Assembly: GCA_022825725.1 (NCBI GenBank)
Contig: JAJDWE010000033.1
Location: 87,926-151,925, forward strand
Reading direction: 5' to 3'
From: Gemmatimonadota bacterium
GTDB taxonomy: Bacteria; Gemmatimonadota; Gemmatimonadetes; Palauibacterales; Palauibacteraceae
Length of the DNA stretch: 64,000 bases
Each line of letters begins with the position of its first letter. Position 1 is the stretch's first letter. The position numbers were made by a program, and so were the translations under genes. The notes under the pieces are model-generated. The model was not told the origin of the DNA, ran no database searches, and saw nothing but the letters and a program-made list of their open reading frames with translations. Positions 19,544 to 27,141 of the stretch are shown here, one piece after another.

Positions 19544-19746
19544 GTTGCCTGTCGCCCCAAAGTCGCATACGATCAGCTATCACATGAGTGCGAGTGGGGA
19601 TTGGGCGGTGTCCACGTGATCGCAAGGCTCGTGGCGACCTCCTCGGCTCGGCATAGCGCCGTCCAGTCCCCTCTCCACACACGAATTCCGGGATCCAGTC
19701 GATTCGGGCATCCGGGAATCGACGATCCGACGGCTCCCGGTCGGCG

Positions 19747-20901
19747 TCAGTCGGCCAGTACTTCCGTCAGCGTATCCGCCACCTCGTCGATCTGTGCTTC
19801 GGTGATCACGAGCGGCGGCAGCAGCCGGATGACCGTGGTGCCGGCCGGGAGGGCGAGGACGCCCCGCTCCGCGAGAGCTCCCAGGTGGGGTCGGCAGCGC
19901 TCGCGGAGTTCGACGCCGATCATGAGGCCCACCTGCCGCACGGCGCGCACGCGAGCCGACTGGCGTCGGGCGAAACGCTCGCTGAAGCGGGCGCCCAGCG
20001 CCTCCGCCCGATCGTCGAGCCGCTCATCCCGCATGAAGCGGATCGCGGCCAGGGCGGCGGCGCTGGCGAGCGGATTGCCGCCGAAGGTCGTGCCGTGCTG
20101 CCCGGGCGGCGGCTGCAGCCGTTCATGCGCCAGGACCGCTCCCAGCGGCACGCCGCCCGCGATCGCCTTCGCGAGGCAGAGCACGTCCGGCGCGACGCCG
20201 TAGCGGTCGCAGGCGAACATGCGGCCGGTGCGGCAGAAGCCCGTCTGGATCTCGTCGAACACGAGGACCGCACCGGCCTCGTCGCAGATGCGGCGCGCCG
20301 CCGACAGATAGTCCTGGCTGGCCGGCCGCACCCCGCCCTCTCCCTGCACCGGTTCGATGATGACCGCCGCCGTGTCCTCGTCCACGGCCGCGCGCAGTTT
20401 CTCGACGTGGTTGAACGGCACGAACGAGAACCCGGGCACGAGGGGCTCGAACGGTTCCCGGTACTGTTTTTTATGCGTCGCGCTCAGCGCACCCAGCGTT
20501 CGCCCGTGGAAGCCGCGCATGGCGGACACGACCCCCGCCCGTCCCGTTGCGAGGCGCGCGAACTTGATCGCCGCCTCCACCGCCTCCGCCCCCGAATTGC
20601 AGAGGAAGGCGCGCGTGAGCCCCGCCGGCGCGATCGAGACGAGTTCGGCCAGCAACCGCGCCCGGACATCGTTGTAGAAGATCCCGGGACAGGACACGAG
20701 GACCCGAGCCTGCTCCGCCAACGCCTCGGCGACGGCCGGGTTGGCGTGGCCGATGCTCGCCACGCCGATGCCGCCGACGCAGTCGATATAGCGGCGACCC
20801 TCGTCGTCCCACACGCACGCGCCCTCGCCCCGCACGACCGCGATGTCGCGCTTCGGGAACACCTCGAGCGCATACTCCCGCTCCGTCTCGCGCGCGTTCA
20901 T
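19747..20901 (-). CDS. argD/lysJ: Class III PLP aminotransferase, acetylornithine / [LysW]-aminoadipate-semialdehyde aminotransferase (ArgD/LysJ).
   Basis: Start MNARETEREYALEVF. Motifs include DCVGGIGVASIGHANP and DEIQTGFCRTG, plus the Lys in CLAKAIAGG. Its 4-bp overlap with the upstream lysZ stop indicates translational coupling. Confidence 0.85.
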   Translation of the reverse strand: MNARETEREYALEVFPKRDIAVVRGEGACVWDDEGRRYIDCVGGIGVASIGHANPAVAEALAEQARVLVSCPGIFYNDVRARLLAELVSIAPAGLTRAFLCNSGAEAVEAAIKFARLATGRAGVVSAMRGFHGRTLGALSATHKKQYREPFEPLVPGFSFVPFNHVEKLRAAVDEDTAAVIIEPVQGEGGVRPASQDYLSAARRICDEAGAVLVFDEIQTGFCRTGRMFACDRYGVAPDVLCLAKAIAGGVPLGAVLAHERLQPPPGQHGTTFGGNPLASAAALAAIRFMRDERLDDRAEALGARFSERFARRQSARVRAVRQVGLMIGVELRERCRPHLGALAERGVLALPAGTTVIRLLPPLVITEAQIDEVADTLTEVLAD

Positions 20902-21710
20902 CCGATGACCGTACCCCGTCCGGCCAGCGCCTCCGTGACCGGATGTTCGACGCACCCGTCCGCGATCACCACGCGCGTCGTGCCGGACTCCGCGACTCGC
21001 CGCAGGGCGAGCAGTTTGCGCTTCATGCGCCCGCGTGCCTCGCTCTCGCGACGCGCCAGCTCCGCGCGCCCGAGCCGTGCGACGACCGACGCCGGATCGT
21101 CAGGGTCCGCCAGGAATCCGGGCGCCTCGATCAGCTGGATCACGCAGTCCGCTCGCAATTCGTCGCTCAGCAGGGTCACGACGTCATCGTTCTCCGAGTT
21201 GATCGCCACGTTGTGCTCGTCGATGAGGGGCACGGTGACCACCGGCGTGAACCCGCCATCGAGGAGCAACGCCAGCAGCTTGCGGTTCACCTCCACCGGT
21301 TTCCCGGACAGGTCCCGTTTGATCAGCGTCTTGCCGCCCTCCCTCACCCGGATGCCCCGGTTGCGGCGACCGCGCACGAGCGCGCCGTCGAGCCCGGTGA
21401 GCCCGACCGCGTTCACGCCCTGGCCCTGCAGCAGTTCCACGATGCGCTTGTTTCGCAGGCCCGCGTAGGCCATGAGCATCACGTCGATCAGGTCGCGGTC
21501 GGAGTGTACACTCTCCTGTCCGGACACGGACGTGAGGATGCGCTTCTCGACCCCGAGCCTCCGAGCCAGCGAATCGCGCAGCGCGTTCGCGCCGTGCACG
21601 ATGACGAACGGACCGGACAAGCCCGCGAGGTCGCGAGCGATCCCCTCGAGATTGATGGATTCTCCGCCGCCGATCTTGACGAGAAGCAGCCCGTCGGATT
21701 CGCCCGGCAT
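20898..21710 (-). CDS. lysZ/argB: Short-form amino acid kinase, [LysW]-aminoadipate / acetylglutamate kinase (LysZ/ArgB).
   Basis: 270 aa. LLLVKIGGGESINLEG...FVIVHGAN...GLTGLDGALV has the AAK-family glycine-rich motifs, and the length is typical of LysZ. Confidence 0.85.
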   Translation of the reverse strand: MPGESDGLLLVKIGGGESINLEGIARDLAGLSGPFVIVHGANALRDSLARRLGVEKRILTSVSGQESVHSDRDLIDVMLMAYAGLRNKRIVELLQGQGVNAVGLTGLDGALVRGRRNRGIRVREGGKTLIKRDLSGKPVEVNRKLLALLLDGGFTPVVTVPLIDEHNVAINSENDDVVTLLSDELRADCVIQLIEAPGFLADPDDPASVVARLGRAELARRESEARGRMKRKLLALRRVAESGTTRVVIADGCVEHPVTEALAGRGTVIG

Positions 21711-21713
21711 CGG

Positions 21714-22370
21714 TCAGAACGTCCCGATGGCGCGGTTGGCCACCGGCGTCCAGGCCCCCCGCCCGTCCGAAGCCGGATAGGGCGCCGAGCACAGAATCCG
21801 CACGCCGTTCCGCCGGGCGGCATGCATCCGGAAGTAGTCCGGGTCCTCGTTGAATCGGGTCGCGAAGTGGACCCGCCGCGACGCGTCGGCGATGATCAGA
21901 TTCATCGCCCGCACGTAACGGGTACGCTTCTCGATCGCATTGAGTCCCCGCTCCAGAGCACGGCCCATGTCTCCATCATCGAAACGCTTGACGAAGTTGA
22001 ACACCTTCTCCGCGCCGATCCGCCCCCGTTCCTTGATCCGCACTCCGTGCAGCTCCCCGTTGAAGATGAACGCGCGTTCCCCGTCGAAGAACGGCATGTT
22101 GTTCTCGATCCGTATCCCCTCTCCGCGATACGCGCTCCTCGCGTGCGCGAGCAGAAGCCTAGTGCGCCCGGGCGGCGCCGCGCCGTCCTCCCACACCGGC
22201 GAGATGTTGCGGTAGACGCGCCACCCGTCGGACCCGTCGGCATCGATCCAGGCGCACCCCCACCCGTCGCCCTGATACTCGGGACTCTCTCGGGCGAGCT
22301 GCGCGAAGGCGGCGAGGTGCGGCTCCATGTCGAAGGGCTCGTCGCTGCGGACGCAGAGGATGCGGCACAC
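21714..22370 (-). CDS. Class II glutamine amidotransferase-like Ntn hydrolase (YafJ/EgtC-like, N-terminal Cys2 nucleophile), embedded in the LysW operon.
   Basis: Begins MCRILCVRS (Met-Cys nucleophile). DGWGCAW, LLLAHARSAYRGEGIRIENNMPFF and FIFNGELHG match the YafJ-type GATase-II pattern. It lies 3 nt from the lysZ start and 25 nt from the lysY stop. Confidence 0.8.
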   Translation of the reverse strand: MCRILCVRSDEPFDMEPHLAAFAQLARESPEYQGDGWGCAWIDADGSDGWRVYRNISPVWEDGAAPPGRTRLLLAHARSAYRGEGIRIENNMPFFDGERAFIFNGELHGVRIKERGRIGAEKVFNFVKRFDDGDMGRALERGLNAIEKRTRYVRAMNLIIADASRRVHFATRFNEDPDYFRMHAARRNGVRILCSAPYPASDGRGAWTPVANRAIGTF

Positions 22371-22395
22371 GAGGATTCAGCTCCGCGTGTCGCGG

Positions 22396-23418
22396 TCAGG
22401 CCGGATGCAGCCCGGGGAACTCGAGGCCCCGCGACTCCGGCAACCCGTGCATCACGTTGAACGCCTGCACCGCCTGTCCCGCCGCTCCCTTCATGAGATT
22501 GTCGATCGCGCTCAGGACGACGACCCGGCTCGAGAGCGGATCGCGCTCGAACCCCACGTCACAGTAGTTCGCGCCCGCCAGGAGGTTGGGGTCGGGATAG
22601 CGGTGGATGCCGCTCCGCTCCTTGACGATGCGTACGAACGGTTCGTCGGCGTACGCGCTCCGATAGATCTTCCACAACGCCTTCTCATCGAGATCCCGGT
22701 TCAGGAATACATGACAGGTGGCGAGGACGCCGCGCACCATTTCAACCGCCGTCGCAGAGAAATGCACGTCGCCGCCGAGCACTGCGGCGATCTCGGCCGC
22801 GTGGCGGTGGCCCGTCGGCCGATACGACCGCATGGCGCCGCTGCGCTCCGGGTGGTGGCTGCCCTCGCTGGCGCGGTTCCCGGCCTCGCTCGATCCCACC
22901 TTCACCTCGATCACGACCGAGTCCGCGACCCCCTCCCGGTACAGCGGCAGAAGCCCGAGGATGGAAGCCGTCGCGTTGCAGCCCGCGCACGCGACGAGAT
23001 CCGCGGCCGCCAGCGCCTCGCGGTTCACCTCCGCGATCCCGTACACGAACGATCCCAGGAGTTCCGGCCGAGGGTGCGGCCGGCCGTAGAAGCGCTCGTA
23101 GTCGGCCCCGTCCTCGAGCCGGAAGTCCGCGCCCAGGTCGACGATCCGCCCCGCCAGAGACCGGAACTCGTCGATGCGGCGGGACGATTCCCCGTGCGGG
23201 AGACAGAGGAAGAGCACGTCGCACTCCGACAGCTCCTCGAGCGCGCTGAAGCGCAGTCGCGTGACGCCGCGCAGGTTGGGATGGACCCGGGGCGCGAACC
23301 GTCCCGCGAAGCGCTCCGATGTGATCTGCCGCACCTCGACGTCGGGATGGCCGAGCAGGAGCCTCAACAGTTCCCCGCCGGCGTAGCCCGAGCCGCCCGC
23401 GATCGACGCGCGGATCAT
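22396..23418 (-). CDS. argC/lysY: N-acetyl-gamma-glutamyl-phosphate / [LysW]-aminoadipyl-phosphate reductase (ArgC/LysY).
   Basis: [21 protein letters not shown] (NAD(P)-binding), active-site Cys in [15 protein letters not shown]-terminal [16 protein letters not shown]. Confidence 0.85.
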   Translation of the reverse strand: MIRASIAGGSGYAGGELLRLLLGHPDVEVRQITSERFAGRFAPRVHPNLRGVTRLRFSALEELSECDVLFLCLPHGESSRRIDEFRSLAGRIVDLGADFRLEDGADYERFYGRPHPRPELLGSFVYGIAEVNREALAAADLVACAGCNATASILGLLPLYREGVADSVVIEVKVGSSEAGNRASEGSHHPERSGAMRSYRPTGHRHAAEIAAVLGGDVHFSATAVEMVRGVLATCHVFLNRDLDEKALWKIYRSAYADEPFVRIVKERSGIHRYPDPNLLAGANYCDVGFERDPLSSRVVVLSAIDNLMKGAAGQAVQAFNVMHGLPESRGLEFPGLHPA

Positions 23419-24263
23419 CGGTCCGCCGCCCGGTCCGGCGAGACGACGTAGGACACGATCCTCTCCGGAATGTTCACGCCGGTCGCCTCGATGCTATTCC
23501 GGAACTCCATCGTGTAGTTCACCTCGTTGACCAGCAGTTCCCCCCCGCTCTCCAGCAGATCCACCGCGACCACGCCCCCGCCCATGGCGGCCGCCGCCCG
23601 CAGGGACAGCTCCGCGATCTCGCTCGTCACCGGACAGTTCGAGGCCGTTCCGCCGCGGGCCGTATTCGTGATCCAGTGCTCGGACGACCGGAAGATGGCC
23701 GCCACGCAGTCGTCTCCGACGACGAACGCGCGGATGTCGCGCCCGCCCTTCTCGACGTACTTCTGCACGAAGAAGATCGAGTGATGATAGCTGCCCAGGA
23801 TCGCCTTGTGTTCGAGGACCGTCTCCGCCGCGTGCCGGTCGTTGATCCTCGACAGCAGGCGGCCCCAGGAGCCGACCGCGGGCTTGAGGACCACGGGATA
23901 ACCGAGTTCCTCAATGGCCTCGAGCGCGGACTCCTCGGTGAACGCGACCCTGGCCTCGGGCTGCGGCACGCCGCATTCCTGGAGCGACGCCGCGGTGAGG
24001 ATCTTGTCTCCGCAGCGGCGCGACACCTCGTAGCGGTTCACGCAATCGAGACCGGCCCCCTCGAAAAGTCGCAACGCGTGCATGGCCCGCGAGTGGTTGA
24101 TGCAGCGCTCGAGAACGACGTCGACGTCCGGGACGTTCCGGAAATCGAACGCGAGTTTGCGGTCGTCCAGAAACACCAGTTCGACGTCGCCGCGCCCGCG
24201 CAACTCCGCGATCAGCAGCTTCTCGTCCTTGCGGATGAGGGAATGAAGAAAGCCGACTCTCAT
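23415..24263 (-). CDS. lysX: RimK-type ATP-grasp ligase LysX/ArgX (ligates substrate to the gamma-carboxyl of the LysW C-terminal Glu).
   Basis: Start [24 protein letters not shown]-grasp motifs ([54 protein letters not shown]). 4-bp ATGA overlaps with lysW upstream and lysY downstream. Confidence 0.85.
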   Translation of the reverse strand: MRVGFLHSLIRKDEKLLIAELRGRGDVELVFLDDRKLAFDFRNVPDVDVVLERCINHSRAMHALRLFEGAGLDCVNRYEVSRRCGDKILTAASLQECGVPQPEARVAFTEESALEAIEELGYPVVLKPAVGSWGRLLSRINDRHAAETVLEHKAILGSYHHSIFFVQKYVEKGGRDIRAFVVGDDCVAAIFRSSEHWITNTARGGTASNCPVTSEIAELSLRAAAAMGGGVVAVDLLESGGELLVNEVNYTMEFRNSIEATGVNIPERIVSYVVSPDRAADR

Positions 24264-24424
24264 TCGCCCCAGTCCTCCTCCGCGTCCGGCGCCTCTCCAA
24301 GGGTGATGGGGTCGAGGGCGAGGATCTCGAGTTCGACGCCGCACTCCTCGCATTCGAGCAACTCACCCTCGACGGGGTCGTCGGAAATCGTCGGTTCCGC
24401 GCCGCATACAGGACATTCCGGCAT
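24260..24424 (-). CDS. lysW: Amino-group carrier protein LysW (54 aa, zinc-finger N-terminus, C-terminal EDWGE).
   Basis: Own translation of the minus strand: [54 protein letters not shown]. It has the CPxCG...CxxCG zinc ribbon and ends in ...EDWGE, the LysW hallmark. It is below the ORF-track size cut-off. GAGG lies about 9 nt upstream of the ATG. Confidence 0.85.
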   Translation of the reverse strand: MPECPVCGAEPTISDDPVEGELLECEECGVELEILALDPITLGEAPDAEEDWGE

Positions 24425-24475
24425 GCCGTCCATCCTCAATCTGGGGTTCTTTGCAGGGGAAGAAACTTGGTACCG

Positions 24476-25180
24476 TCAGTCCGCCGCCGGGTTCCGGAAA
24501 GGAAGCCGCAGCGCCAGGAAAAGCACGATGGCCACGGGTTCCACGAGCAGAATGTACCACGGCCAGCCCGGGAAGACGTCCAGTATCGATGCGGTCGGCG
24601 GCTTGTCGATGAGATACAGGTAGTTGGACCCGAGTACGCGGTTGATGGGATATACCGCGACGGCGTACACGTTCAGCAGCCCGAGCGCCAGCCATGGATC
24701 GCGCGCCTTCGGCCGGTAGTCCTCCACCGTCACCGCCCACACGCCCGCGATGACGGCGATTCCGTGAGACGCCATCGTCTCGTAGAAGGCGAAATGGAGA
24801 ACGCCGTGGGACGCATCGGGTGTCAGCACGGCCTGAACGGCCCCCGCGACGCCGAAGAAGTACATGAGCCGAAGGGTCCAGAGGTGCCGCGTCCACAGCC
24901 CGTACACCGTCAACCAGGCCATCGCCGCGCACAGGTGCAGCGGGAGGTCGTTCTGCAGGGTCCATAGCCCCACCGAGGCTTTCCACGTGTGCCTGAGGGC
25001 GAGGAGGAGCACGATCGCAGCGCCCATGGCGAAGCGTAGGCGGCGGCGCCGATCCTCGTCGCCAGTCATGCCTGCCCGGATCAGACAGACTCCGATCGCG
25101 ACCAGCACGCCCATCGTCACGAGATGGACCGGACCGAAGAGATCCAGCGGTACCGACTCCGTCCCGAAGAACCCGCCCAT
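24476..25180 (-). CDS. Integral membrane protein (YwaF/TIGR02206-like, unknown function).
   Basis: 234 aa, about 7 TM helices, conserved LPLHLC motif. The function is unknown and the family assignment is tentative. Confidence 0.45.
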   Translation of the reverse strand: MGGFFGTESVPLDLFGPVHLVTMGVLVAIGVCLIRAGMTGDEDRRRRLRFAMGAAIVLLLALRHTWKASVGLWTLQNDLPLHLCAAMAWLTVYGLWTRHLWTLRLMYFFGVAGAVQAVLTPDASHGVLHFAFYETMASHGIAVIAGVWAVTVEDYRPKARDPWLALGLLNVYAVAVYPINRVLGSNYLYLIDKPPTASILDVFPGWPWYILLVEPVAIVLFLALRLPFRNPAAD

Positions 25181-25224
25181 GTCAGGCTGTCATGCTGCGC
25201 GGGCCGGCCGGACGCGCCACGGGT

Positions 25225-27138
25225 TCACGCATCCGCGTCCGCGAGGGAGGAGGTGGGGATCTCCGGACCCTCCACCCGCCGTCCATCCCGCAGCGTCACG
25301 TACGCCTCCATGGCGTAGTAGGCCGGCAGGCCCAGAGCGGCGAGCCGGTTGGCGGTATCCCGGTTTCGTTCGACGACGCGCTGCCAGAATTCGCGCGGAT
25401 CCGGACCGGGGAAGGGAGCCAGATCCTTCTGCGTTTCGTGCCGGAAGATCGCCTGGACCTTGCCGCGCAGTTCGCCTTCGGAGAGCGGCACGAGGACGGT
25501 GGCTTCGTCCAGACTCCACTCCTGCCAGGCGCCGCGGTAGAGCCAGAGCCACGGGGGGTCGCCGCGGTAACCGGCGAGCGCCGCATCCACCGTCTCGAGG
25601 CACATGCGGTGCGTGCCGTGCGGATCGGACAGGTCCCCGGCGGCGAACACGATCGTCGGCCGCACCTGCTCCAGCAGCTGCGCGACGATCTCCACGTCCT
25701 CCGACGTGATCGGGTTCTTCTTCACCGCTCCCGTCTGATAGAACGGCTGGTTCAGAAAGCGGGCGCGGTCGGCGGAGAGCCCCAGCGATTCGATCGCGGC
25801 CGTGGCCTCCGTCTCGCGGATGATCCGCTTGAGTTGTTGAACCACGCCGGGATCGACGTCCCCCGGCTCCTTGCGGGCGAGCCGGTCCTCGAGAGACCGC
25901 AGCAGCTCCCCGAGGCTTGCGGCGTCGCCAAGGTCGATGACGCCGGCCGCGCGCCGCAGGAAGTCCAGGTACCGGCGCACCTCGTGGTCGAAGACGGCGA
26001 TGTTCCCGGACGTCTGATATGCCACGGTGACGTGGTTGCCGTTCTCGACGAGCTTGCGCAGCAGGCCGCCCATCGAGATCACATCGTCGTCCGGGTGGGG
26101 CGAGAAGACGACGATGTTCTGGCCGCGCGGCAGCCGGCTCTTGCCCCGGATCTTGGAGATGAGCGCGTTGAAGACCTGTCCGTTGAGCGGTTCGGCCGAA
26201 CCGTGCCGGGAGGTGAGCGGGGCGAGGTGGTTGGCGCGATAGTCGTCGGTCGCGAGGTGCAGGATCGACTTGTCGATGCGTTCGCTCAGCCAGATGACGG
26301 CCGCGGTCTCGCGCTCCGCCGTCCACTCCACATCGCCCACGAGCCACGGCGTGCGGACGCGGGTGAGATCGGAAGCGGCGGCCGGATCGAGATAGACCGT
26401 CGCGGCGGCGTGTTGCTGCAGAAAGGTCGCGGCGACATCCGCGTGGACCTCCCCCTCGACGGCTCGACGCACGATCCCGGCCTTGTGTTCGCCCGTCGCG
26501 AGCAGCACGACTTCCCGCGCTTCGAGAATCGTGGCCACGCCCATCGTGATCGCCTGCGGCGGCACGTTCTCCTCGCCGAAGAAATCGGACGCGGCATCGC
26601 TCCGGGTGACGGTGTCCAGGTAGAGCCGCCGGGTGCGGGAGTCGCGCTCGGACCCCGGCTCGTTGAAGCCGATGTGACCGCTGCGCCCGATCCCGAGAAT
26701 CTGGAAGTCGATCCCGCCCGCCAGCCGGATTCGGCGCTCGTACTCGACGCAGTGCGCCTCGACCTCCGCTTCCGGCACGTCACCTCGAGGGATGTGGCGG
26801 TGTTCCGCCGGGATGTTCACATGGTCGAACAGGTGCTCCCGCATGTAGCGGTGATAACTGTGCAGGCTGCCGGGCCGCATCGGGAAGTACTCATCGAGGT
26901 TGAAGGCGACCGCGTTGGAGAAGTCGAGTCCTTCGTCCCGATGCAGGCGGATGAGTTCCCGATAGACGCCGACGGGCGTGGCGCCGGTTGCGAGGCCGAG
27001 GACGACGGAGCGCCCGTTCTCCGCCCTCTCTCGCAGGAGCGCCGCGATCCGGCCCGCGACTTCGGCGGCGATGCTGTCGTGGTCCGGCATGATCCGGACG
27101 GGCACACGTTCCCTCCGCGCGTGTGCGGCGACGCTCAT
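25225..27138 (-). CDS. Glucosamine-6-phosphate deaminase (NagB) domain fused to a C-terminal LmbE/PIG-L-like deacetylase domain (long NagB-II type).
   Basis: N-half: LGLATGATPVGVYRELI...FNLDEY...GIGRSGHIGFNEPGS (NagB/6-phosphogluconolactonase fold). C-half: VVFSPHPDDDVISMGG (PIG-L/LmbE zinc-deacetylase motif). The start may be a few codons inside the listed ORF. Confidence 0.75.
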   Translation of the reverse strand: MSVAAHARRERVPVRIMPDHDSIAAEVAGRIAALLRERAENGRSVVLGLATGATPVGVYRELIRLHRDEGLDFSNAVAFNLDEYFPMRPGSLHSYHRYMREHLFDHVNIPAEHRHIPRGDVPEAEVEAHCVEYERRIRLAGGIDFQILGIGRSGHIGFNEPGSERDSRTRRLYLDTVTRSDAASDFFGEENVPPQAITMGVATILEAREVVLLATGEHKAGIVRRAVEGEVHADVAATFLQQHAAATVYLDPAAASDLTRVRTPWLVGDVEWTAERETAAVIWLSERIDKSILHLATDDYRANHLAPLTSRHGSAEPLNGQVFNALISKIRGKSRLPRGQNIVVFSPHPDDDVISMGGLLRKLVENGNHVTVAYQTSGNIAVFDHEVRRYLDFLRRAAGVIDLGDAASLGELLRSLEDRLARKEPGDVDPGVVQQLKRIIRETEATAAIESLGLSADRARFLNQPFYQTGAVKKNPITSEDVEIVAQLLEQVRPTIVFAAGDLSDPHGTHRMCLETVDAALAGYRGDPPWLWLYRGAWQEWSLDEATVLVPLSEGELRGKVQAIFRHETQKDLAPFPGPDPREFWQRVVERNRDTANRLAALGLPAYYAMEAYVTLRDGRRVEGPEIPTSSLADADA

Positions 27139-27141
27139 CGA

